A DNA stretch of 64,000 nucleotides from an uncultured Chitinophagaceae bacterium (GCA_964502525.1 CAZCXH010000002.1:28031-92030); one strand, 5' to 3'. Numbered from the stretch's first letter, positions 28,730 through 37,349 are shown. Translations and numbers: made by a program. The notes: a model not told the origin generated them from the sequence alone.

Positions 28730-29325
28730 ACGTGAGCCTTTACGCAATACCCTTTATCGCAGCGGGCATCGGCTGGTTCACCAACTGGATTGCCATCAAG
28801 ATGCTTTTCTGGCCGCGCAAAAAAATTACCGTTGGCCCGTTTGCGATACAAGGCATCTTCCCTAAGCGGCAGGAGGAGGTTGCGGAACGTATCGGCAAGC
28901 TGGTTTCCGATGAACTGCTTTCCGTTCACGACATCAGGAATAAAATCAACCGCCCCGAAACGCTCTTCATGATCAATCAGAAGGTGGAATCGAAAATTGA
29001 TGAGTATCTCACCTCCACATTTCCCAATAATTATCCCTTCGTTTCCATCTTTGTAAGCGACAAAGTGAAAAACCGGCTTAAGAACGATTTCCTGCAGGAA
29101 GTTGATGATCTCGCCCCCGAAATCGTGGAGCAGTACATCATCAACATGGAGGGACATTTAAACATCGAAAAAATCATCAAGGAGAAAGTTGCCGTGCTTT
29201 CGCCCGCCAAGCTCGAAGAACTCATCAACCAGATACTCAAGAAGGAATTCCGCTTCATCGAATTCATTGGCGCTGTGCTCGGCTTCGTTATCGGGGTGAT
29301 CCAGTTGGGGCTGACGATGATTTAA
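28726..29325 (+). CDS. DUF445 family membrane-associated protein
   Basis: N-terminal GWFTNWIAIKMLFWPRK and C-terminal TM segments are present. It overlaps the upstream gene by 4 nt. Confidence 0.65.
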   Translation: MNVSLYAIPFIAAGIGWFTNWIAIKMLFWPRKKITVGPFAIQGIFPKRQEEVAERIGKLVSDELLSVHDIRNKINRPETLFMINQKVESKIDEYLTSTFPNNYPFVSIFVSDKVKNRLKNDFLQEVDDLAPEIVEQYIINMEGHLNIEKIIKEKVAVLSPAKLEELINQILKKEFRFIEFIGAVLGFVIGVIQLGLTMI

Positions 29326-29326
29326 T

Positions 29327-29420
29327 GTGCTGTTCTGCTATATATAATATGCTGATTTGCTGATGCGTCACAAGAGTTATCCACCTTAAACTTCAACATA
29401 TCAACATGTTATCAAATTTG
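29327..29420. repeat. tandem-word hairpin (TGCTGAT / ATCAACAT words) between convergent genes
   Basis: ATGCTGATTTGCTGATG pairs with CAACATATCAACATGTTATCAA. Pairing needs G:U only if read as minus-strand RNA. Confidence 0.55.
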
Positions 29421-29421
29421 T

Positions 29422-30375
29422 TCATTTCTTCGGCACCGGCACAGGCGGGTTATCATTCTGATTAATATTGATGGTTTTGATTTTTTCAACATGCGCCCAC
29501 TTTCCTTTCTTTAACCGGAAGCCCTCATAAGTGCCGTCAGGGATGAAGGTGAATTTTAAATCAGCCAATCGCAGCTCCGGTGCAACGAGATGGTCGTAAA
29601 CGATCATCTTGTCGCTGACGGAATAATTCAGCGTGGTGATAGCGTCTTTCCGGAATTCAAGGATGAAGCGGTTCAGCATGGTCTTCTTGCCGGTGCTGTC
29701 AGTAAATTCAAAAATGGGCGCACCAAACACGGGCTTGCCGTTTTCAAAATGCAATACTTCGAGCAGCTTTTTGCTGCTCCACAAATCGTTCTGGTCAAAG
29801 CCGAAGAGGATATAATATTTCTTCCCTTTCGATTTGAATTCATAGATATTGTAATAAAGCCCTCCGTACCATTTATCCTTGTCAAGTATCAGGGACTGTG
29901 CATTTCCCAATGAATCTGAAAAATCAAACAAGGGATGCAGCACCAACTTGGCAGGATCGTTCATCTGTATTGCCCCGTAATGCCGGAACAGCCCGTTACC
30001 CCACCGCAGTTGCCATGTGAAGATGCGGAACGAATTGTCAGCCGGCTTCAGGATGGAAATGGTTTCCAGCGAGTCAAAAGGATAGTCGAATGAGCCTGGA
30101 ATTTTCAATGCCTCCACCAGCTTCGGTATGAATTTAAAGCACGCCTTCGCCCGCTGCTCCTGCGCAGAGTCGTTCACGATGCGGAAACTGAGCTTCGCCA
30201 GTTCGCGCTCGTATTTTGTGAGCGAATCAATTTGCGGGGAAACAACCTGTGCGGATGATTGCAATGGAATAAATAACATCCCGCACAAAATGAATAATGA
30301 ACAAAGACAAATTACTTTGTCATTACTCATTTTCTGTTGAGCGCTATTCACATCAATTTGACGGCAGAACTTCAA
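29422..30375 (-). CDS. secreted hypothetical protein
   Basis: The ORF is clean and has a signal peptide (likely start at MSNDKVICL). No motif was recognised. Confidence 0.6.
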   Translation of the reverse strand: MKFCRQIDVNSAQQKMSNDKVICLCSLFILCGMLFIPLQSSAQVVSPQIDSLTKYERELAKLSFRIVNDSAQEQRAKACFKFIPKLVEALKIPGSFDYPFDSLETISILKPADNSFRIFTWQLRWGNGLFRHYGAIQMNDPAKLVLHPLFDFSDSLGNAQSLILDKDKWYGGLYYNIYEFKSKGKKYYILFGFDQNDLWSSKKLLEVLHFENGKPVFGAPIFEFTDSTGKKTMLNRFILEFRKDAITTLNYSVSDKMIVYDHLVAPELRLADLKFTFIPDGTYEGFRLKKGKWAHVEKIKTININQNDNPPVPVPKK

Positions 30376-30478
30376 ATCTTCTTCGTCCGCAAAGAAACGA
30401 AAACGGAGGAGATGTATTATCGGAGGATAATGGGGTGATGGATGATGGGGTAACGAATGCAGCGAGCCGAGATTGGAC

Positions 30479-31138
30479 TCAATCCAACCGTGCTATCACC
30501 GTCTTGCCGCCCTTCACTTTCTGCTTAAGCTCGATTGCCAGCTTGGTGTCAACCGGAAGGAAGAGGTCAATGCGCGAGCCGAATTTGATGAATCCAAGCT
30601 GTTTGCCTTGTTCGATTTCCTCGCCTTCTTCGAGGTAGTTGACGATTCTTCTTGCGAGAACACCGGCAATCTGCCGCACCAGCACTTCCACGCCATCTTC
30701 ATCTTCAATTACAACGGAAGTCCGTTCATTCTTCACCGATGATTTCGGATGCCACGCGACAAGATACTTCCCAGGATGGTAGGCGGTGTATTTCACCTCA
30801 CCGCTGATGGGCGTCCAGTTCACATGCACATTTGCTGGCGACATGAAGATGGAAACCTGAAGGCGCTTGTCTTTGAAGTATTCAGGCTCATACACTTCCT
30901 CAATGGCAACCACCTTTCCATCGCAGGGAGCGATAACAATATCTTCGTCTGCCACAATATAGCGTTTCGGATTGCGAAAAAAGAAAGCCGTGAAGAGGAA
31001 CAAGCCCAAAGACAGCAGGGTGCAAAAAAGAATCACGTCATCGCTGCTTGTCAACTGCCTCACCGCGATATTAAATATCAGCAGCATCATGATCAGCCCT
31101 AACAGAATCTTATACCCTTCTTTGTGGATCGTCATCAT
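30479..31138 (-). CDS. psd: phosphatidylserine decarboxylase proenzyme
   Basis: N-terminal TM segments are followed by the C-terminal FGSRID self-cleavage (G-S) site. Confidence 0.9.
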   Translation of the reverse strand: MMTIHKEGYKILLGLIMMLLIFNIAVRQLTSSDDVILFCTLLSLGLFLFTAFFFRNPKRYIVADEDIVIAPCDGKVVAIEEVYEPEYFKDKRLQVSIFMSPANVHVNWTPISGEVKYTAYHPGKYLVAWHPKSSVKNERTSVVIEDEDGVEVLVRQIAGVLARRIVNYLEEGEEIEQGKQLGFIKFGSRIDLFLPVDTKLAIELKQKVKGGKTVIARLD

Positions 31139-31160
31139 GGTTTAGTTCATTAATAATAAT

Positions 31161-31168
31161 CAAAGTTA
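31161..31168 (-). promoter_or_regulatory. -7 box TAACTTTG upstream of psd
   Basis: The reverse complement of CAAAGTTA matches, with 22 nt before the ATG at 31138. Confidence 0.45.
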
Positions 31169-31228
31169 GAGAATCCTGCAAATCTCAATATTAATAATAG
31201 TCAATCCTGTCTTGTGTTTTCGTTGCTT

Positions 31229-32053
31229 TTACCGGATAAACAAAACATAAGCCGCAGCGAATGGAACGGAAAAAATAAAAGCGTCAAACCTGTCTAAGAA
31301 CCCTCCATGTCCCGGGAAAAAATGCCCGGTATCCTTGATGCTCACGCTGCGTTTAAACATGGAGACGATCAAATCACCGGCAGTGGCCACCACCCAGATA
31401 ATCAAAGCAAGCGCCATCCAATCAGCAATCGAAAAGATTCCGAAAAGCAGGTACTGCAAATATGCTACCACCAAACATCCGAAAGCCCCGCCAAAAAATC
31501 CCTCAATGGTTTTGTTGGGGGATATCCTCTGGAGAAATTTATGCTTGCCGAACAGCGAGCCGAACACATAGGCAGCCGCATCATTTACCCAAACAAGGAA
31601 CAAAATTCCTATTACTACTTTCGGCTGATATTGATCCTGGAAAAAAGCCACGTAATTGAGGATTGCAAAAGGAATGGATACGTAAATGATGCCCGTTATG
31701 TTTTGCGCGATGTTGGCAAGCGGTGTGGATGATTCCGAAAAGATTTCAAGCGCGAAAAATGTAAAAAGCAGGCAGGTGGGTATTATATAAATAATACCGC
31801 CCGTCCACCCTTGTATCACAGCAAATGAAGCCATAAAAGTTGCCAGCCCCGTCACGATACCTACCGGCATGTAAAGCAGGCTTATCCGGTTGGCTTCGCG
31901 CGTGTAACTGATCAGCGTGAAGTACTCATACAGACTGAATATGATAATAACCGCCATCAGCCCCAAATATGACCAATGATTCCAGAAAATCCCGCCAAGC
32001 ATCACCACCACGAAAAATATTGCCGTTTGAGACCGGATAAGGAAGTTACGCAT
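31229..32053 (-). CDS. cdsA: phosphatidate cytidylyltransferase
   Basis: It is a polytopic membrane protein with the signature SMFKRSVSIKDTGHFFPGHGGFLDRFD. Confidence 0.9.
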   Translation of the reverse strand: MRNFLIRSQTAIFFVVVMLGGIFWNHWSYLGLMAVIIIFSLYEYFTLISYTREANRISLLYMPVGIVTGLATFMASFAVIQGWTGGIIYIIPTCLLFTFFALEIFSESSTPLANIAQNITGIIYVSIPFAILNYVAFFQDQYQPKVVIGILFLVWVNDAAAYVFGSLFGKHKFLQRISPNKTIEGFFGGAFGCLVVAYLQYLLFGIFSIADWMALALIIWVVATAGDLIVSMFKRSVSIKDTGHFFPGHGGFLDRFDAFIFSVPFAAAYVLFIR

Positions 32054-32252
32054 CCAACACGTTTTTGATGAGATGTGTCGCCTTCAGCACGTCTTCCTGC
32101 TTCACATATAGCTCGGCTTCCCCGATAAACAGGGATGAATCTTTCTTATTGATCACCACCGGCTGGATGCCGTTTTCCAGCAGCAGGCTCTTTGCCATTT
32201 CAGCCTTAATCACGTCTGAAGTTGCATAAATCTTAACCCAATCCTTTTCCAT
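32046..32252 (-). CDS. DUF2007-like small protein (putative signal-transducing fold)
   Basis: MEKDWVKIYATSDVIKAEMAKSLLLENGIQPVVINKKDSS is present. The longer ORF to 32324 would overlap the upstream CPBP gene, so the Met at 32252 is preferred. Confidence 0.6.
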   Translation of the reverse strand: MEKDWVKIYATSDVIKAEMAKSLLLENGIQPVVINKKDSSLFIGEAELYVKQEDVLKATHLIKNVLDA

Positions 32253-33165
32253 CCTCAGGCGTTGTTTTCTTTTGGGTAGCGAGGTCAAAGATATAAACTG
32301 CCGCAAACAGTAAAACTGTCGCAATCATGGTGATGTAGGGCGGAAATGCCGGCATTTCCTCTACGTCATAAGAAATCATACCCGCCTGAAACAGGTAAAG
32401 CATCACCACCTGGACGGCATTATTCAGGAAATGCGCGAATATCGGCACCCACAAACTGCCGCTCCAGTAAAACAGATAGCCGAACAGAATGCCGAGCAGC
32501 ATGCGCGGAAAAAAACCATAGAACTGGAAATGGATGAAGCTGAAAAACATGCCCGTGATAAAAATGGCAATATGAACATCACCCAGGGCTTTGTGAAGCA
32601 TCTGCTGCAACGAGCCTCTGAAAAGAAGTTCTTCCGCCAGTGCCGGCACAATGGCGATCATCAGGAAATTAACCATGAAGTCAAACCGGCTGTTCATGAT
32701 TAAAAGCGTCTTCAGCATCTGCTCGTTCTTGTCCTCAAGGTCGCGCAGGTAATTCTCAATCTCTCTCAGCGCTGAAGGAAAACTCATGTCCTGGTTCACG
32801 TCCAGCGCCCAAATGATCACCGGGGCTGCCAGCGCCATGATTAACACCGTCAGCGAAACCAATCTCAGAGGCGGAACTTTATTCAGCCTGAAAAACGACC
32901 AGTCCCGTTGCTTGCTGATAATCATGTAAACAAAGGGGGGAACTCCGAAAATGCCGATGGAGAGAATGATCTGCAGGAAGCGGACGATGTTAAGATGCTC
33001 CGTAGCAACGTTATCGGAGGAAGAAGAGATAACGCTATACACTTCTTCACCGAAAGACAGTAGCAGCACACCTGCCATCAGCAGGTTGAAGAAGAGGAAG
33101 CATCCCATCCACACCATAAAAAACAACCCCAACTGCTCTAAGGGCGTACGCTCCTGTTGAATCAT
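32233..33165 (-). CDS. CPBP family intramembrane glutamic endopeptidase (CAAX protease-like)
   Basis: The EELLFRG, FSFIHF and HFLNN motifs sit in TM helices. Confidence 0.85.
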   Translation of the reverse strand: MIQQERTPLEQLGLFFMVWMGCFLFFNLLMAGVLLLSFGEEVYSVISSSSDNVATEHLNIVRFLQIILSIGIFGVPPFVYMIISKQRDWSFFRLNKVPPLRLVSLTVLIMALAAPVIIWALDVNQDMSFPSALREIENYLRDLEDKNEQMLKTLLIMNSRFDFMVNFLMIAIVPALAEELLFRGSLQQMLHKALGDVHIAIFITGMFFSFIHFQFYGFFPRMLLGILFGYLFYWSGSLWVPIFAHFLNNAVQVVMLYLFQAGMISYDVEEMPAFPPYITMIATVLLFAAVYIFDLATQKKTTPEDGKGLG

Positions 33166-33270
33166 CCTAATTATAAATCTGTGAAGTCCGGGTAATCAGC
33201 GATTATCAGATTAATCGCTTTGAAACTGTGTTTGCGTTCGTAAATTTACACTTTCCTTCATGGGAAAGAA

Positions 33271-34278
33271 TTGACAATGGTTAAAATCGGCAACATAGAA
33301 TTGGGCGAATTTCCGTTGCTCCTTGCCCCCATGGAAGATGTGAGCGACCCTCCCTTCCGCGGACTGTGCAAGAAGCATGGCGCTGACCTCATGTTCACCG
33401 AGTTCATCTCGTCTGAAGGCTTGATTCGCTATGCGGACAAAAGCGTTCAGAAGCTCGACATCTTCGACTATGAGCGACCCATCGGCATCCAGATTTTCGG
33501 AGGCGAGATCGAATCCATGCGCAGGGCGGCTGAAATCGTTGAACAAGCTAAACCTGATATTCTCGACATCAACTACGGCTGCCCGGTGAAGAAGGTAGTG
33601 TGCAAAGATGCCGGAGCGGGCATCCTGCGCGATGTTCCGAGGATGGTGAAGCTTACGGAGGAAATTGTAAAATCCACTTCGCTGTCCGTCACCGTGAAAA
33701 CCCGACTGGGCTGGGACGACAAAACAAAATACGTGGTGGAAGTAGCTGAGCGACTGCAAGACGTGGGCATCAAAGCCATTTCCATCCATGGGCGCACCCG
33801 CCAGCAGATGTACAAAGGCGGTGCCGACTGGACTTTAATCGCTGCTGTGAAGAACAATCCCCGCATGAAGATTCCCGTGTTCGGCAATGGCGATGTGGAT
33901 ACTCCGCAAAAGGCAAAGCTCATGCGCGACACTTATGGCGTTGACGGCATCATGGTTGGCAGGGCATCCATCGGTCATCCATGGATTTTCAGGGAAATCA
34001 AGCATTTCCTGGCAACCGGAGAAACTCTTGCTCCACCCACTTTGGAGGAGCGGGTTGAAGCCTGCCGTGAGCATGTGATGCGATCTGTGGAATGGAAGGG
34101 GGAAAAACTTGGCATCCTTGAAATGCGCAGGCATTATGCCAATTACTTCCGTGGATATCCCAACGTGAAACCTGTAAGGGCGCAGTTGGTTTCAGCCGAA
34201 ACGCTTCCTGCCATTTTGGAAATTCTTGCATCTTTGCCCCGAAACCTGTCCATTTCAGAACTGGAACAGGCAGCGTGA
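33271..34278 (+). CDS. dusB: tRNA-dihydrouridine synthase
   Basis: LAPMEDVSDPPFR, DINYGCP and ISIHGRTR motifs are present. Confidence 0.9.
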   Translation: MTMVKIGNIELGEFPLLLAPMEDVSDPPFRGLCKKHGADLMFTEFISSEGLIRYADKSVQKLDIFDYERPIGIQIFGGEIESMRRAAEIVEQAKPDILDINYGCPVKKVVCKDAGAGILRDVPRMVKLTEEIVKSTSLSVTVKTRLGWDDKTKYVVEVAERLQDVGIKAISIHGRTRQQMYKGGADWTLIAAVKNNPRMKIPVFGNGDVDTPQKAKLMRDTYGVDGIMVGRASIGHPWIFREIKHFLATGETLAPPTLEERVEACREHVMRSVEWKGEKLGILEMRRHYANYFRGYPNVKPVRAQLVSAETLPAILEILASLPRNLSISELEQAA

Positions 34279-34383
34279 TGTTGAACGGGTGACATTATTA
34301 CAGGAAAAATTCTAACGGCATATCATTTGCAAAAACTTATTCGTGAAGAAATTTGAACATTAATAACTTAAAACCATCGTAAA

Positions 34384-35055
34384 ATGTACATGATTCTCAT
34401 TCTCGTGATTATGGGGGCAAGCTGGGCGGTTGGCGCCATGCTCAAAAGCAAGTTCCAGAAATATTCGCAGGTGCCCACCGGCAGCGGGTTGAGCGGCAAA
34501 GAAATCGCTGAAAAGATGCTGCGCGACAACAACATCAGCGGGGTGCAGGTCATCTCCGTTCCCGGTCAGTTGACCGACCATTACAATCCGCTGAAGAAAA
34601 CCGTCAACCTCAGCCCTGAAGTGTATCACGGCAAAAGCGTTGCGGCTGCTGCAGTGGCAGCGCACGAATGCGGTCATGCGGTGCAACACGCCCAGGCTTA
34701 TTTATGGTTGCAAATGCGCTCGTCTCTCGTGCCGGTTGTTAACGTTTCTTCAAAATGGATGCAGTGGATATTGCTGGCAGGCATTCTGCTGATACAGGTT
34801 TCCATCATACCCCTTACGGTGGGAGTGGCGCTGTTTGCCATGACTACGCTGTTTGCCTTTATCACCCTGCCGGTTGAGTTCGATGCTTCGCGCAGGGCTT
34901 TGGTGTGGCTCGAAAGCACCCGTATGACCAACCGCCAGGAACACGATCAGGCAAAAGATGCCTTGAAATGGGCGGCAATGACCTACGTGGTGGCTGCATT
35001 GGCTTCACTCGCTACATTGCTGTATTATCTTTCGATGCTGAACCGGAGAAGGTAA
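34384..35055 (+). CDS. membrane zinc metallopeptidase (YugP / Zn_peptidase_2-like)
   Basis: The HECGHAVQH zincin motif lies between TM helices, with the family-typical N-terminus. Confidence 0.8.
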   Translation: MYMILILVIMGASWAVGAMLKSKFQKYSQVPTGSGLSGKEIAEKMLRDNNISGVQVISVPGQLTDHYNPLKKTVNLSPEVYHGKSVAAAAVAAHECGHAVQHAQAYLWLQMRSSLVPVVNVSSKWMQWILLAGILLIQVSIIPLTVGVALFAMTTLFAFITLPVEFDASRRALVWLESTRMTNRQEHDQAKDALKWAAMTYVVAALASLATLLYYLSMLNRRR

Positions 35056-35063
35056 TGGCTGAA

Positions 35064-35759
35064 TTAATCCAGCGGCAGGTAGAATCTGCCGTCACGGATA
35101 TAATAATTTTCCCCGGTGCCTGAAACTGAAATATCTGCCGTGAAAGTTCCTTCAGAGTGACTGGTATTGTTAATGATATCAATGGAGAAGGTGACCACCG
35201 TGATGCCTCCGGCAACCGGGTAGGCAATTTTTCCGGAGTTGGTGAATACCACCTTTAAAGCAATGCAGGCAGAATCCGTTCCGCAGAGGGGAAAGGTGGT
35301 AACCTGCAAAGCAGGTATTCGCGACACAATGATCGAATCAATTTCACCTCCAACTGGAAACACGCCAGAGAAGTCATAGAACTTCCAAATCGTATCTTCC
35401 TGCGTATAGTTGCTGGTCTTCACATTACTCATCGCTGTCGTATCGGAGCCAAACCAGAATCGGATGTAATAAGCCGGATCGCGCTGGTCGCAATTAGCGC
35501 CTACCCAACCCTGGATACAACTGCAGCCGCACGGAGGTGAAAAAAGGCCTCCATAGCTATAGACGCCATGAACCACGTTGGGCGGACAGTGGAAGTTGAT
35601 GCTGTCATTCAGGCATGTGCAATCAGCCTGCACAATTTGACAATCAGAGCACCAATTGAATGAGCAATCATCATGTTTGTCCTTGCATGAAGGAATAAGA
35701 AATATAAAACTGGCGTTAATAACAATCATCCAAAAATTTAACGCTTGCCTTCTTTGCAT
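35064..35759 (-). CDS. Cys-rich lipoprotein with EGF-like motif
   Basis: It has a lipobox (FLIPSC) and 14 Cys in the first roughly 90 mature residues, including CSCIQGWVGANC. The C-terminal region is beta-rich. Confidence 0.6.
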   Translation of the reverse strand: MQRRQALNFWMIVINASFIFLIPSCKDKHDDCSFNWCSDCQIVQADCTCLNDSINFHCPPNVVHGVYSYGGLFSPPCGCSCIQGWVGANCDQRDPAYYIRFWFGSDTTAMSNVKTSNYTQEDTIWKFYDFSGVFPVGGEIDSIIVSRIPALQVTTFPLCGTDSACIALKVVFTNSGKIAYPVAGGITVVTFSIDIINNTSHSEGTFTADISVSGTGENYYIRDGRFYLPLD

Positions 35760-35772
35760 CTCGTTTGTATTT

Positions 35773-36027
35773 AACGTGAGTTATGGATTCAAAACTATCT
35801 CGCAACTGTCCTCATTGCCATCCGCTTTAGCGGATGGCAATGAATTTCAATAAGTTAAGTTACCCTGGTTGTTTCAAGTCTTCCGAAGGAGGACTTGGAA
35901 CATGGGATAGAGGAAGGTCTTTCGACCTTCCGGCAAGACGAAAGTCTTGCCGTTATTACGAATCACAAGTGTCCCTTCGGAACACTTGCGATAACGGGTA
36001 TCTTGTCGGTAATCCATAACTCACGTT
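35773..36027. other. 255-nt multi-hairpin element closed by a perfect 17-bp stem (candidate structured RNA / 5' leader, or nested palindromic repeats)
   Basis: AACGTGAGTTATGGATT (35773-35789) pairs perfectly with 36011-36027. Inside are five near-perfect hairpins: 35815-35840, 35875-35897, 35912-35931, 35932-35951 and 35966-35988. There is also a CCGTTAT/ATAACGG helix. Confidence 0.5.
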
Positions 36028-36034
36028 TATATTG

Positions 36035-36065
36035 AAAACTTACTATTAAAAAGTCACCCTCCAAA
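36035..36065 (-). promoter_or_regulatory. candidate promoter TTTG-N19-TAAGTTTT reading into the 255-nt structured element and the lipoprotein gene
   Basis: On the minus strand, TTTG (36065-36062) is followed by a 19-nt spacer and TAAGTTTT (36042-35). This is an imperfect -7 box ending 7 nt before the first base of the 17-bp closing stem. Confidence 0.35.
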
Positions 36066-36162
36066 TGACATTTGTCAATTTGAATTAAAGTCTGCCGGAT
36101 AACCAACCCGCCCATTCATGGCAATTACAATCCCGAGCGATGCATACAAAAAGAAAGTTTTA

Positions 36163-36220
36163 CTCCTCTCCATCCGGAATGGGTTGAGGTGAGGCGTAAA
36201 AGAGCAATTTTTAGAACTGC
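36163..36220 (+). repeat. degenerate CCTCTCC element with AATTTTTAGAACTGC tail
   Basis: CTCCTCTCCATCCGGAATGGGTTGAGGTGAGGCGTAAAAGAGCAATTTTTAGAACTGC shares its head and 15-nt tail with 49555-49601. Confidence 0.6.
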
Positions 36221-36222
36221 GC

Positions 36223-37197
36223 TTAAACAATTTCATGCACATCAATATCCGCGCATTTGAAATGCCCTTCCGGGCAGTTGCGGAAGCCATGGATGCCGCA
36301 TGGTCTGCAGGAGAGATGTTCCCGGGTTTCTGCAACCTTCGACTTGCCGGAAAGAGGCGTAAAACCAAATTCCGGAACTGTTGAACAATAAACCGCTGTC
36401 ACCGGAGCATCCACCGCTGATGCCAAATGAAGCGGGGCAGAGTCGTTCACGTAATTCATCACTGCGCTTTTCATCAGCGCTGCCGACTGCATGAGGTTGA
36501 TCTTGCCCGCAAGGCTGATGACTCTTTCTCTTGCCGATTTGCCGCGGATATATTCGCACAAAGCGGCATCGTCCTTTCCTCCGAGCAAATAAATTGCAAA
36601 GGACTTGTCAATCAGCCCGATCAATTCAATCCATTTTTCCTTTGGCAACTGCTTGGTGAACCAGATGGAGCTGGGGGCGATGCAAACAAAACTTTCATCT
36701 TTTTTCACCTGCGCGAAATCTTCCGCTGAAGGATATATTTTGGGTTTCACGAAACTGTCGTCCGTAAGATGCCTGATGAGCATGAGGTTGCGCCCGGTTT
36801 CGTGCACCGGCATTTCTTTTGAGCCGAGGATGTGTTTGACTCTTTTGCCGAAAAGGAACGACATCGGATTTTTATCGAAACCGGCTGTCTCCTTAGCGCC
36901 TGAAAAAGCCGCGAGCAACCCGGTTGAGAAAAAACGCTGCACGGTAATCACCGCATCATACTTTCTTTTTCTGATTTCTCCCAGCATCCGCAGCAGGTTG
37001 GCGGTTTTGTTTTGCGATTTATCCCAAACCAAAATCTCATGGATGTGCGGGTTGTTTGCAAGCAGGATTTCGTTTCCTTTGCGCAGCAGGAAATCAATCC
37101 TTGCCTGCGGGTAAAACGCATGAAGCTTTTCAACTAACGGTGTGGCGAGGATGACGTCACCGATAAAGGCAGTTTGGATGATGAGGAAGTTGTTCAG
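36223..37197 (-). CDS. glycosyltransferase family 9 (LPS heptosyltransferase-like)
   Basis: The frame is open to 37197 and encodes LNNFLIIQTAFIGDVILATP, the conserved GT9 N-terminus. There is no ATG/GTG/TTG before the TTG at 37032, so a CTG (37197) or other non-canonical start is implied. Confidence 0.8.
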   Translation of the reverse strand: MNNFLIIQTAFIGDVILATPLVEKLHAFYPQARIDFLLRKGNEILLANNPHIHEILVWDKSQNKTANLLRMLGEIRKRKYDAVITVQRFFSTGLLAAFSGAKETAGFDKNPMSFLFGKRVKHILGSKEMPVHETGRNLMLIRHLTDDSFVKPKIYPSAEDFAQVKKDESFVCIAPSSIWFTKQLPKEKWIELIGLIDKSFAIYLLGGKDDAALCEYIRGKSARERVISLAGKINLMQSAALMKSAVMNYVNDSAPLHLASAVDAPVTAVYCSTVPEFGFTPLSGKSKVAETREHLSCRPCGIHGFRNCPEGHFKCADIDVHEIV

Positions 37198-37347
37198 ATG
37201 TTAGATGGCGGATGTTAGATATTAGATATTAGATATTGGATATTAGATATTGGATGTTAGATGTTAGATATTGGATGTTAGATATTGGATGTTAGATATT
37301 TAGATATTGTTCGTCTAACATCTAATATCTAATATCTAAAATCTAAC
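37198..37347. repeat. 16 tandem heptamers ATRTTRG followed by an inverted arm of 4.7 CYAAYAT units
   Basis: The units are ATGTTAG/ATATTAG/ATATTGG, and 14 of 16 fit ATRTTRG. The right arm is CTAACAT CTAATAT CTAATAT CTAAAAT CTAAC. The element fills the whole murB-GT9 intergenic gap. Confidence 0.9.
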
Positions 37348-37349
37348 TT

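Noticed and set aside
33211-33789. A 192-aa minus-strand ORF lies opposite dusB.
   Set aside because: It is antisense to a well-supported dihydrouridine synthase gene.
35773-36027. Whether the structured element is RNase P RNA, tmRNA, SRP RNA, 6S RNA or a common riboswitch.
   Set aside because: I could not find the RNase P P4 consensus, a tmRNA tag ORF with tRNA-like ends, the SRP domain IV motif, a 6S-type central bubble architecture, or B12/TPP/SAM/FMN box sequences. The identity remains open.
37198-37347. Possible CRISPR array, suggested by the highly regular short repeats.
   Set aside because: The repeat unit is only 7 nt and contiguous, with no spacers, and there are no cas genes. It is a microsatellite-like hairpin, not CRISPR. 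The same reasoning applies to 43950-44098 and 52841-52950.
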